From Camelus ferus (lineage: Eukaryota), in the NCBI RefSeq assembly GCF_009834535.1, contig NC_045697.1, forward strand, positions 47,184,001 to 47,248,000: a stretch of 64,000 nt of DNA. Reading direction: 5' to 3'. Positions 28,271 to 41,828 of this stretch are shown here, in pieces. The number at the start of each line of letters is the position of its first letter. The first letter of the stretch is position 1. A model generated the notes under the pieces. That model did not search any database. It was given only the letters and a program-made list of their open reading frames with translations, and was not told the origin of the DNA. A program made the position numbers and the translations under genes.

Positions 28271-31200
28271 TCTAACAAGCATTGCTTAAAGAGACTGAAG
28301 AGGAGTCAAGGGCAGAAGCAGGAGACAAATTAGAACAGTATTTCAGTGTGAAGAAAAGGTCTCAGAAGGATACGTGAAGACTGTTAACAAGAGGTTAGGG
28401 AGACGTTAACAGACACACCCACACACATGCACACACACCCACACAGCTGCTTCGCTAGTCCAGGCGAAAAATAAGAAGGTATTCATAGAAAGGAGATGTC
28501 AAATTAATCTCTAGTTTCTCACTTGGGTGACTATGTGTGGGCTTCCCTTCCGACAAAGACAAAGAAGTTGTTGATTTGGTGAAAAGCTCAGGTTTTTATA
28601 TTTTAACAGTCTGATATCATGCCTACAACAAAGGCAAGGAGGTGTGGACTAAAAAGATAGAGATTTGGGGAATTTTTGTTTGTGAATAGATCTATCACAT
28701 AGGGAGACTGAGGAGGAATAAAGGACAGGTAAAACACCATCACCCGCAAAGGAAAATGAGCTCACTGAGCATTCCAGAAAGTTCTAATATCATCTTAAAA
28801 TATTTGGGACAACTGCTATTAGAAAAAAGAAATGCTAAAAGATAATTCTGTTTTAAAAACTTCTGAAATACAGTGAAAGGTTTACAAAGTTAAATATATT
28901 CATCCTCCAAAAACTTGTTTATAATTTTAGCATATATTAGATATTTCTTCTATATAAGCAAGGCAATTCAATCTAAAGTCCATTAACAAATTAGTCATTT
29001 GCCATTTTTTATTTTAAATATTTACTTTATCAAATTATATTTTCATTAAATAAAAATAGCTCTACTTCAAAGTTTTGAAAACAACTATAGTTCAAACCGT
29101 TCCAATTTAAAATAGTAACATGAAATGATCAGAGGAAAAGGCAAAGCCTATTTTTGTGAGCACCTAGAAACCAAGCTAACTTGATACTAAACTGGCACAC
29201 ATAACTACATTCCAGGATTTGGTTCACTGAATTAGAATGAAAATCATACACAACAGCCCATGGTTAGCAAATAAAAACCACTTAAAAATGTATTACTGAC
29301 TACACATGAGGAAGTTAGGAAGCATGGCAATTCCACATCATTCAATCCAAAGTAAGATAAACTTTTTTTTAAGTCACAGAAGACCTAGAGTGTACTGTAC
29401 AGGATGTGTAAACTCCTCCTGGCACTATCCTTTATCCCTACACTGGCCCTAACATGTTGACGCTTATGCATGCACTTTGTGTAAGAATCTCAAGTGTGCC
29501 AAGTTAACACAGTGCCTTCTGTAATTACTTAGGAAGGGGAGGAGGGGACTACTGAGAAAAATTCCAGCACAGAGCCAAAGTTTCAGCAGAGACAGTATCT
29601 GTTACTTCAAGGACTGATAGTAAAACCTTGGCTCAGAAAACAAATACATATTTAAATATTCTGTGTAAGCCTAAGAAAAGCACTCTCTACAATGTTTCAA
29701 ATCAGTTTATCTTGATGTCACCAAACACAAACAAGACTCAAATTGAAAGAAAAGCTTGTGTAATTCTTCCTTTTTAAAGACAGCTCAAATCTATTTCCTG
29801 ATTAATTAGGCCTGTCAGGCAGAGTAGAGCATATGCTTCTCACCAGCCTCTACCAATCCCTGAGCTTAATATTCCATTGACTAAATCTGTATTTATCCTG
29901 CTAATAGAAAACCATCCAGTACTATCATCCAACTCAGTGCTTTCCAATCACTTGACCCTGGGGAAATGACATGTAAATGACAGAGTCTGCTTCCAGCCTG
30001 AGTTGACCAGCAGGGACCTCCAACCAGAACAGGGCCACTCTGAGGGCTGAGAAGAAATCATCTTGGCACACCTATAATCCATCTTTGGCATACAGCACAT
30101 CAGTAAGGAAGAACTCGGTCAAACTTTTCTGATACTCAGAGATAAGACTAGACACACCCTTATAAAAATCTTATGTACTTTTAATTGAAGAGCCAATCAA
30201 AAAATTGTACACAAAACTCTTTAAATACACACAAATATTTGAATTAGCACCAGAATCTCCTCCAAAAAGCCAAGTGTTTATTTATAGGTTAGAAACATAA
30301 ATTCTCTATACACTTTTACTTCCCATTATTTTCATGCATTTACAAACACCTATGGCCACAATTATTTAAGCTATTAAAATAACAAAAGGTTGAATGCCAT
30401 TTTTAAATTGTAAACATCACAGGGAATCAAGGAACATACTATACAGGTAATTTACATAATGTCTATGTACTGTCTGAAATCTTCAGAATTCATATATATG
30501 TAAATTTTCCTGAGAAAAGAATCTATATAACTTTCATTAGATTCTCAAATACGCAATCCAAAAAGTTATTTTTTACTACTTTTATTGGAATATGCAATAT
30601 ATATCTTTCTCCAAATTCTGGTCTTATACATATATCCTCTTCCTTAAATTATCTACAAACTGTCTTCTAAGGGTACTTGATCTTTGATGACCTCAGATTT
30701 CTTCTCTGTAAAAATGGACATAATGCTGTTGCCCTGTCAACTTAAGAATTGGTCAACACATTAGATTTGACAATGCAGGAGAAAGTTCTCTAGACAATTA
30801 GAAGACTCTATCAAAATATATCAATATATAATAATTTGATAATATTTATCATTGATGTTTTTATCTGTATTAGAATTGTCTGTAAAGACACTTAAAATTT
30901 CGGACAGAACAAGTACCATTAAAAAAATCAAAACAAGTTTTATCTTAAAAGTACTGATATCCAGACTTTTAATTCTCTCATTCAGCCTGTGGATCCTTAA
31001 GACATGTAGGTTTATATTAGAATATATTTTATTTGAAAGAGCATAATAGTAATTATGTGCATTTTTGGTTAACAATGACTATATTGAAACTCTTGAGTAA
31101 GAGAATTCCAGGTACCCACTGGAATGTCCCTAAAAATATTGCCCACCTGAAGCAATCTGCTCAGAAACTAATGTTAGAAAGTGACACCTTTGAAAGTACA

Positions 31201-34200
31201 CGATCACAGCTTTTCTAAAAATAAACTCTTTTCAGAGTAAAGTAATTTACAGAAATGCAATAGAAAGAAAGCTAAGGAAAGAAATAAAGCTAGTATTTCC
31301 TCCTTTGGTGAGGCTCTCTATATATTAACAATAGCTCTAAAATTATTCCCATAGCCTACAAATTATTAATGCACTGTCCCCTTTGACCTTAAAGGACTAG
31401 TAATAAAGATGAGAAAGCCTTGGAAACAGTTCAGTCAGGTTTCTCACAAGCACTCAGCAGGTACTGTGCCCCCTTTTCCTTTGTTTCTTTCAACAAAAAT
31501 CTTACAAGATTTCTGGTAATTCTCACATTTATGGCTTCAATATGTTTTTTTCTACTGATTCGACTTACCTGCATTTGGGGTAACTAGTGCTTTAAAAACA
31601 TACCAGATTGCAAGACCCTCCTAGAGTCCATGTCTTTTTATCTTTGATTCCTCAGGCCAAATGATAAGGCAATATCCAAATTAAAGGCAATTATCTCCTC
31701 CCAAAACCATGATAATCAAAAAATTTTGCATTGCTGAAAAGGTCAATCCATTTACAATATAATGTAAGCATATGGGACTAATCTTAAAAAGTTGTAAGAC
31801 ACAAATGAAAACCTTCACTAAGAAACAGAACAGATTTTAATAAAATAGAAAGACATGCTATGTTCCTGGAAAGGAATACTCAATACTGTCAATACGTTTA
31901 ATCCCAAGTTAATATACAGTTTTCACGTAATGCCAAAATCCCAACATTGCAGAATCATGCAAAGTGTTCATTAAACCTGAAGTTTTCTGGGCTGTTCTCT
32001 AAACCTAGTATTAAATCTTGGGGACTGAAGTCCAGGAATCTGTTCAATAATCAGGTAAAGTTTAAGAACCCTTGCATTAGTCCTGCTAATGACTGATCTG
32101 AAGGCAATTAACAAAGAGGATATTCATCATGAACTGTTTTGATCACTGGGAGAGTTTTATTTCTCTGCCTCCTAGGACACTGGCTAAAGGAGAATGCAAC
32201 CTGTGGAAACAGCAGCACTGGCATCACTTGAGAGCTTGCTGATGCTGCAGAACCTGCAGTGAAATAAACCCCCAAATTTACTTATCAGAGTTTGAGAAAC
32301 AGCATGTTAGAGAATAAGACTCCTCGAACCACAGTTTAAAAATTAATATATCTAACACAAACCAGCTACTCAAGTAAACGGAAATGCACATCCCTCCTGA
32401 ACTTCCCTGCTCTACCACCAGTCCCTAGGACCCCTCGTCACGACTCCCAGAGGACTGTAATGCAGTCACTATATTTGACCTCCTTTTCCTTAATTTCTAG
32501 TCACAACAGCTCCCCTTCCCTTACCCTCATTTTCTTTACTAAAAAGTCAGAAAAGCAGATTTTTAGAATGAATGTGGGTTGTTTTCTTTTTCTGGTTTTG
32601 CTTTTTTTTTTTAATTATTATTTTGCAAAACTGAAAAAGACCACAGATAAACTTAGTTTTCTACTACTACTACTTTTTCTCTCTTTCTTACATCTCAAAA
32701 CTCCTCCATTCACAGGTCTGAAGACTGGGTAGTAAGTCTCATTTCACAACTTTCATCTCACCAGAAGATCAGGTGCATCAAATTAGCCAATTCTTACACG
32801 ATGCTGTTCAATTTGTCTTTTCTTCCCAAATTCAGCATTATGCTAAGCTTTCCTTGGGGCTCCCTGGCCTTACAACTGTTAAGTAAAAAAAACAAAAAAA
32901 CAAAAAAACCTTACACCTTCAACTTTTCCCAGTTTTCCTTAATGTCACATAACTGCCATTCTACAACACATCATCTGTTTCCTTGGCCTGCTTTTCAATG
33001 CTCTCTTCACCCAATTATAACACTCCTGCCTCTCGCCCAAACTGCAATTAACTAGTCATAAGATGGGGGCTCCTCCTATGTTCTTTTTTTTTCCAACAAA
33101 TTTTAATATGTGGCTCTGCTAGCCTCTGGAAAACATTTTAAGTAGGACACCGTATGTATGATTTTACAAGTCTATGGAGGGGAGAAAGACAAAAATAAGT
33201 TAGTACAACATACTGCATTGAACTCCATGGGCAATATAACTAAAGTACAAAGGCTGTAATGAAAAAATTATGTTTGGAATACCCTCAAGCCAGCATTCAT
33301 TCCCTTTTACTTAAGCAGGCCCTAAAATTTCATCGTTTTAGGAAGCCTTTCTTGATGAGAACTAACAACATAAGCCAAGAATCTATTACATAAACAAGCA
33401 TCACAGACCTAACTCAAACTAAACATGCAACTGCTTAATTCACATATCTTCTAATTCAGCAGCTTGTTTATATAATTCCACTTATGATTAGAGATAAATA
33501 GTAAGCAAGCATGCCATAACTTCATCTTTGGAAGGTACCACTTCAACACATTGAAAATTTTATTTTCAACCTCTGTGAATGATCAAGTTAAAAAATTCAC
33601 TCATTTGATCAGATTCCCAACATGAAATGTATGAAATCCCAATTTAGCAATGGATCGGGTTCTGACAGCTTCTAAAACGACTCTTTGGCTTTCAGAACAT
33701 TTCCCCACAGAATTAATCCTCCATGTAATAATTAAGGTCTCATCTCACATCAGCCTGTAGTCTAGTACTAATAGAACTACACCACCTAATGTCTCTCTAA
33801 AAAGACATTACTGTGGGACATTCTTTCAGGGATTCCAACTTGAGAAGCCAAGAATACATCTTACCATAGCCCAAGCATCACAGGTTTCACCCAGCCTACC
33901 AAAGTGTAAGAAAGGGGTTCCCCCAGATTCAAGCCACTAGCAGTGCCCATGTAACTACAAGCAGTAACTCAGGCAAGTTGCCTACAAATTCTAAAACAGA
34001 GCCTAACTTTTCTCTGGTCATGTGTCCATCTGAGAATATGATGAGAGCCATAAGCCCTCTCATAAGAAAAACGAACACGGATGTCTATGAACGACCCCAA
34101 TGGCAAAGTGTAGGGTCCACACAATTAATTGTACACTACAGACCAGTACGGTCCAACATATGTCCAACATAATGACAGCCTCCTATGTAATTTTAAATGT

Positions 34201-34289
34201 TCTAATAGCTACATCCAAAAGGTAAAAATCAGTAAATTTAAATATATTTTATTTAAACAAAAATACCCAAAATGTGATTATTTCAACAT

Positions 34290-34620
34290 GTAAGTGGACG
34301 AACTTCAAAGACATTATGCAAAATGAAATAAGCCAATCACAAAAGGATGAATACTATCATTTCAATTACATGAGGTACTTAAAATAGTCAAATTCTGAGG
34401 GACAGAAAATAGGATAGTGGTTACCAGGGTCTGGGAGAAATTGGGAACAAGGAGTTAGTGTTTAATGAATACACAGGTTCCATTTGGGAAGATGGAAAAA
34501 GTCCTGGAGATGGATAGTGGTGATGGTTGCAGAACAATATGAATGTACTTACTGCCACTGAACTGTAAACTTCAGAATGTTTAAAATGGTAAATTTTGTT
34601 ATGTATGCTTTACTACAATC
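34290..34620 (+). mobile_element. L1 (L1MB-like) 3' UTR fragment next to hAT/MER relics
   Basis: gaaataagccaatcacaaaagga ... ctggagatggatagtggtgatggttgc ... aaaatggtaaattttgttatg. MER3/Charlie-like pieces lie at about 34150-34290 and 34750-35002. Confidence 0.75.
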
Positions 34621-36728
34621 AGGAAGGGGTAAAAAGACATGTACTCAAGAGCCAAGATTGAGAAAAGACTTTCTACGCTGTATCAAGGACATTCTTGAGA
34701 AGCTGGCTCTAAAACTGACCTTAAAAAAAAAACCTGCCTTAAACTGGCTTTTAAAAACATACTGAGTGCATGTGACAGTGAAAAATACAATGACTACTAA
34801 CATATTTTGGTGCCAACAGTCTAGATTTGTGTTACAGTAATACTATCTGCTTGATCCACTACCACCATTGCTTTTGAATCATCAGTGCAAATGCCAGTAC
34901 AGTGTAAAAGTCTTTGCAGTATTAGGAAAATAATTTTTGATCCCCTCAAAGGGTCTTGAGGACCCCTCCCCCTGGAGCCCACAAACCACACTTTGAGAAC
35001 CATTACTGAAGCCTATTCATGACAGAAAAAAAGAGACACAGAGAGACGGAGAAGATGGCGGAGTCGAAGGACGCTCGCAGGTCACCCTCTCCCACAAATA
35101 CACCAAGACCCACATCTACAGACCCACTCAGCCAACCAGAGCACCTGTGGAACTCCGACAGAACATCGCCCTCTTCAAAAGATAAAGATGCCAAAAATCT
35201 GGTAGGAGGAAAGGAAAAAAGAAAGAAGAAAAAGCAAAGCAGCGCGGGACGGGTCCCGCGGGGAGGGAGAGGCAAAGGAGGACTGGCGCTCACTCGCTGG
35301 GTCTCCCCTCTCCAACTGAGAGGCCAGCGGGACAGACGGGGAGCCTCCGAGGCTCGGATCTGTACAGAGCAGCCCTTGACTAACAGAACTAAGTTAAACG
35401 GGCACACAGCGTCCCCCCGACACCCAGCCTGAGACGCGGGCCGGCAGGCGCGGGCAGGGCCAGGCTGCACAAGCCGGGCGGAGGACGGAAGTGGCTGCAG
35501 GGAGGCAGCCCCAGGGGAACGCAAGGGGCTGCGCGCCGTGGCTGTGGGCGCACAGGGCAGAACAACCTGGGCCCTCCATAAAACAGCAAAGTTGATGTGC
35601 TCTCGGGGGAAGGGTGCACACCCCCATCTCTGAAAACCCGCGGAAACTTTTCGGGGGAAGAGAGGCGGGGCTAAGGCGCAGCCGCCATAACCTCCGCGCT
35701 GAGCACCCAGGCGGGGGCGGGGGCGAAACCTGCATCCGCACCGGAGGGCTTAGCAGCCTCAAAGGCCAGACTGAGACTGGCCTGCAGCCCGGGGCACACA
35801 GGATCCTTCCATCCTCGTCCCTCAGAGAACTTGCTCCACAAAGACAAACAAGGAGCTGGGTTTTGGCTCGGAGCAGGGACAGGGCTGTCCCTCGGTCTTC
35901 CCCGAGCCCACCTGCGGGGAGCCGACCAGGGCGGGGCGCGCAGCCACACAGAGCAGCGGAGCTACCGGCGGCGGAGGCGCAGGTAGAGCGAGAGCGGTCC
36001 CCCAGCCTTTCAGGCAGGAACACAGCCCCTGACCGAGGTGCTCGGAGGGGGCACGACCCGCCCTCCTACCCGGCCAGTCTGCAACATCTGACTAAGGCAT
36101 CCGGAGGGGCAGCGACCCACCCGCCCACAGCAGAGAGCTGCACCTGACCCAGTGTTAGGAGGAGGCGCGATCTGCTTGCCGACAGGTGCTGGGAGCAGCA
36201 CAGAAGAGGGCGCCAACGGAGGGCCTCTGAAAACAGCAAGCTGAGCTTCCAAAACAGAACGAAGACAGAAAGACTTCACATTAAAAGCACACAGACTCCA
36301 GGAGAACACCGACAACCCCCCCCCCTTTTTTTTTAAATCTGTTTTTACTTGTTCTATTTTCTATTACTCTCTTAATCTTTACTTCTTAATTCATTTCTAT
36401 TTCTATTTCTCTTGGGTTTTGATGTCCTGCTATTGATTAGACACAGGTTTCAAATACATCTATTCATCTCCCTCCCCCCCTTTTTTTGTAAAGGTTTCAA
36501 AAGGACATCTCAACCAGATTAATACTCTGCTTCAACTCACTCTTCTGTTATTCATTATACACTGTTTTCAAACCCTCTTTCTCCCTTCTTTTAAAATTCT
36601 TTCTCTCTCTCTCTTATTTTTTTTTCTTTTTTTCCAAAGTTCTATTCCTAAATAGGCATCAAATAGATAAAATCCTTAAGGACCAAAATAAACAACTGAT
36701 ACTCCATAAACCACAGTGCCAAAGAGGT

Positions 36729-37628
36729 ATGAGCAAGATGAAGAAGCAGAAAAACCTTTCTCAATTAAAAGAACAAGAGAAATCCCCTGAAAGAAAGATC
36801 AACGAAATAGACATCGATAGCCTACTAGATCAAGATTTCAAAAAAGGAGTGATCGAATTGCTGAAGGAATTAAAAGAGATAGTGTTTAGAGATATAAAAT
36901 ATGTCAAAAATGAAACTGAAGCTATAAAGAAGAGCCAAGTAGAATGGGTAAACTCATTGACAGAGATGAGGAATGATCCAATAGCTGTGCAAAGCCGACT
37001 AGATAATGCAGAGGAACGAATTAGTGATCTAGAAGACAGGGCAATAGAAAGCACCCATTCAGAAGAACTACAAGAGAAGCAAATAAAAAATAATGAAAAT
37101 AGCATAAGGGACCTATGGGATAATATAAAGCGTCCCAATCTTCGCATAATAGGGGTCCCAGAAGAAGAAAGATCAAAGGGGATTGAAAAGGTTTTTGAAG
37201 AAATCATGACTGAAAACTTCCCAAACTTAAAGAAGGAATCAGATATCTAAGTACAGGAAGCTCAGAGGGTCCCAAACAGGAAGAACCCAAATAGACCCAC
37301 ACCAAGACATACCATAATCAAGATGGCCAGAGTCAAGGATAAAGAAATGATTCTAAAGGCAGCAAGAGAAAAGCAAAGAGTAAGTTACAAGGGAACCCCC
37401 ATAAGGCTCTCAGCTGATTTCTCTACACAAACACTACAGGCCAGAAGGGAGTGGCAAGATATATTCAAAGCCCTGAATGAAAAAAAGATGCAGCCTAGGA
37501 TCCTTTATCCAGCAAGGCTATCCTTGAGGATAGAAGGAGAAATAAAGAGTTTCACAGACCAAAAAAAGCTGCAGGAGTTTAGCAACACTAAACCCATGCT
37601 AAAAGAAATATTGAAAGGGCTAACCTAA
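36729..37628 (+). pseudogene. L1 ORF1p, interrupted by one in-frame nonsense codon
   Basis: Two ORF-track pieces share a frame. Motifs include LWDNIKRPNLRIIGVPE, ILKAAREK, ARREW and YPARLS. A TAA lies at 37248-37250 where DIQVQEAQR is expected. Confidence 0.93.
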
Positions 37629-38031
37629 ATAGAAAAGCAGCAGGATGCTACAGAAATGAGAAACACACAACTGGAAAGGTGGTAACTCATGAATTACAAA
37701 TAAAGTAAACATGAAATTATAAAAGAAGACATACAAATCACTGAGAGTGGGAGAGGGAGGCAGGGAAATATAGAATTTTTTTTTCTTTCTTTTTTAAATT
37801 TTTTAACAGTAGGATGGGTTTGAGATCATGTTACTATCAGTTTAATAAAAACAGTTATAGTAATGGGTTGACAGATTTACAAAAAAGGGTAACCACAAGC
37901 CAAAAATTTACAAAGCAGTCACAAAAATTAAATAAAATCCATGATAATACAAAGGAAAATTACCAAACCACAAAAGGAAGAAGAAAGGAACAAAGAGGAT
38001 ATACCAATTCAACTGCAAAGATAAGTTCAAA

Positions 38032-41000
38032 ATGGCAATAAACACACATCTATCATTAATTACTGTAAATGTTAATGGACTAAATGCTCCAGTCAAAAGA
38101 CACAGAGTGGCAGACTGGATAATAAAGCAAGAACCTTCAATATGCTGCATACAAGAGACCCACTTTAGGGAGAAGGACACATATAGATTGAGAGTGAAAG
38201 GATGGAAAAGGATATTCCATGCAAATGGAAAAGCCAAAAAAGCAGGTGTTGCAGTACTGATTTCAGACAAAATAGACTTTAAAACAAAGGCCATAAAGAA
38301 AGATAAAGAAGGACATTTTATAATGATTAAAGGAGTGATACAAGATGAGGATATTACACTTGTTAATATATACGCACCCAATATAGGAGCACCTAAGTAC
38401 ATACAAGAATTACTAACAGAGATAAAGGGGGATATTGATGGGAATACAATCATAGTTGGAGATTTTAACACTGCATTAACATGACTAGACAGATCTTCCA
38501 GACAGAAAATAAACAAGGCAACAGAGAAATTAAATACTACAATAGAAAAACTAGATTTGGTGGATATTTTCAGAGCATTACACCCCCAAAAAATAGGATA
38601 TACATTCTTTTCAAGTGCACGGAACATTTTCCAGGATCGATCATGTACTTGGGCACAAAAGAAACGTCAACAATTTTAAGAAGATAGAAATTATCTCAAG
38701 CATCTTTACTGACCACAATGCCATGAAACTGGAAATCAACAACAGAGAAACAAAGGAGAAAAAAAGGAAAGCATGGAGATTAAACAATATGTTATTGAAA
38801 AAACAATGGATCAATGAGGAAATCAAAGCTGAAATTAAAAAATACCTTGAGACAAATGATAATGAAAGCACAACCACTCAAAACCTATGGGACACAGCAA
38901 AGGCAGTGCTAAGAGGGAAGTTTATAGCGATACAGGCCTTCCTCAAAAAAGAAGAACAATCTCAAAGAAACAATTTAACCCACCACCTGAATGAATTAGA
39001 AAAAGAAGAACAAAAAGCCCCAAAAAGTAGCAGAAGGAAGGAAATAATAAAGATCAGAGAGGAATTAAATACAATAGAGATTAACAAGACCATAGAAAAA
39101 ATCAACCAAACCAAAAGCTGGTTTTTTGAAAAAGTAAATAAAATCGACAAACCTCTGTCCAAACTCATAAAGAAGAAAAAAGACAGAGCACAAATTAGCA
39201 AAATAAGAAAGGGAAATGGAGAAATTAGAACAAACAAAATAGAAATACAGAATATCATACGAGAATATTATGAAAAACTATATGGAACCAAACTGGATAA
39301 CCTAGAGGAGATGGACAAGTTTCTGGAAACATACTGTCCACCAACACTGAATCAAGAAGAATCTGAACACTTGAACAATCCGATCACTAGAAAGGAAATA
39401 GAAATAGCAATTAAAAACCTCCCTACAAATAAAAGTCCAGGACCGGACGGCTTCACCGGGGAATTCTACCAAACATACAAAGAAGAACTCATACCAGTCC
39501 TTCTCAAACTCTTCCAGACGATTGAAAAGGAGGGAATACTCCCAAACTCATTCTATGAAGCCACCATCACCCTGATACCAAAACCAGGCAAAGACACTAC
39601 AAAAAAAGAATTATAGGCCAATATCACTGATGAACATAGACGCCAAAATCCTCACCAAAATTTTAGCAAATAGAATCCAACAACACATAAAAAAGATTAT
39701 ACATCATGACCAAGTGGGGTTCATCCCAGGGACACAAGGATGGTTCGACATACACAAATCAATCAGTGTAATACATCACATCAACAAGAGAAAGGACAAA
39801 AACCACATGATCATCTCAATCGATGCAGAAAAAGCATTTGATAAAATTCAACACCCATTTATGATAAAAAAAACTCTTGCCAAAGTGGGTATAGAGGGAA
39901 CATATCTCAACATAATAAAAGCTATATATGACAAACCTACAGCCAGCATAGTACTCAATGGTGAAAAACTCAAAAGCTTCCCACTAAAATCTGGGACAAG
40001 ACAAGGATGCCCACTATCACCACTCCTATTCAACATAGTCCTGGAAGTCCTAGCCACAGCAGTCAGGCAAGAGAAAGAAATAAAAGGGATCCAAATTGGA
40101 AAAGAAGAGGTAAAAGTGTCATTATATGCTAATGACATGTTACTATATATAGAAAACCCTAAAAGGTCCACACAAAAGCTACTAGAGCTGATTGAAGAAT
40201 TCAGCAAGGTAGTAGGTTACAAAATTAACGTTCAAAAATCAGTTGCATTTCTTTACACTAATGATAAATCAACAGAAGAAGAAAGTAAAGAAACAATCCC
40301 CTTTAAAATAGCACCCAAAGTAATAAAATATCTGGGAATAAATCTAACCAAGGAGGTGAAAGAATTATACACAGAAAACTATAAACCATTGATGAAGGAA
40401 ATTAAAGAAGACTTTAAAAAATGGAAAGATATTCCATGCTCTTGGATTGGAAGAATCAATATTGTTAAAATGGTCACACTGCCCAAGGCAATCTACAGAT
40501 TTAATGCAATCCCTATCCAATTACCCAGGACATATTTCACAGAACTGGAACAAATCATAATAAAATTCATATGGAACCATCAAAGACCTAGAATTGCCAA
40601 AGCATTACTGAAGAGAAAGAAAGAGGCTGGAGGAATAACTCTCCCAGACTTCAGACAATACTATAGAGCTACAGTCATCAAGACAGCATGGTATTGGTAC
40701 CAAAACAGACATATAGACCAATGGAACAGAATAGAGAGCCCAGAAATGAACCCACAAACTTTTGGTCAACTCATCTTTGACAAAGGAGGCAAGAATATAC
40801 AATGGAATAAAGACAGTCTCTTCAGCAAATGGTGTTGGGAAAACTGGACAGCAGCATGTAAAACAATGAAGCTAGAACACTCCCTTACACCATATACAAA
40901 AATCAACTCAAAATGGATTAAAGACTTAAACATAAGACAAGATACAATAAACCTCCTAGAGGAAAACATAGGCAAAACATTATCTGACATACATCTCAAA

Positions 41001-41828
41001 AATTTTCTCCTAGAAGAAATAAAAGCAAGAATAAACAAATGGGACCTAATGAAACTTACAAGCTTCTGCACAGCAAAGGAAACCAGAAATAAAACAAGAA
41101 GAAAACCTACGGAATGGGAGAAAATTTTTGCAAGTGAAACCGACAAAGGCTTGATCTCCAGAATATATAAGTAGCTCATACGACTCAATAAGAAAAAAAT
41201 AAACAACCCAATCCAAAAATGGGCAGAAGACCTAAACAAGCAATTCTCCAAGGAAGACATACAAATGATCAAAAAGCACATGAAAAAGTGCTCAATATCA
41301 CTAATTATCAGAGAAATGCAAATCAAAACTACAATGAGGTATCACCTCACACCAGTCAGAATGGCTGTCATTCAAAAATCCACAAATGACAAATGCTGGA
41401 GAGGCTGTGGAGAAAGGGGAACCCTCCTACACTGCTGGTGGGAATGCAGTTTGGTGCAGCCACTATGGAAAACAGTGTGGAGATTCCTCAAAAGACTAGG
41501 AATAGACTTACCATATGACCCAGGAATCCCACTCCTGGGCTTGTATCCAGAAGGAAATCTACTTCAGGATGACACCTGCACCCCAATGTTCATAGCAGCA
41601 CTATTTACAATAGCCAACACATGGAAACAGCCTAAATGTCCATCAACAGGTGACTGGATAAAGAAGATGTGGTATATTTATACAATGGAATACTACTCAG
41701 CCATAAAAACCGACAACATAATGCCATTTGCAGCAACATGGATGCTCCTGGAGAATGTCATTCTAAGTGAAGTAAGCCAGAAAGAGAAAGAAAAATACCG
41801 TATGAGATCGCTCATATGTGGAATCTAA
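38032..41828 (+). pseudogene. L1 ORF2p (endonuclease / reverse transcriptase), disrupted
   Basis: EN motifs NVNGLN, GDFN and TDHN; RT motifs [10 protein letters not shown] and YAND; C-terminal [18 protein letters not shown]. Stops at 38482-38484 and 41172-41174, and frameshifts near 38620 and 39610. Confidence 0.95.

Noticed and set aside
35003..36315. Antisense ORFs in the L1 5' UTR as an ORF0 analogue
   Set aside because: They are GC-rich, overlap in several frames and mostly start at non-AUG codons. ORF0 is described for primate L1s, and one copy cannot distinguish this from chance.
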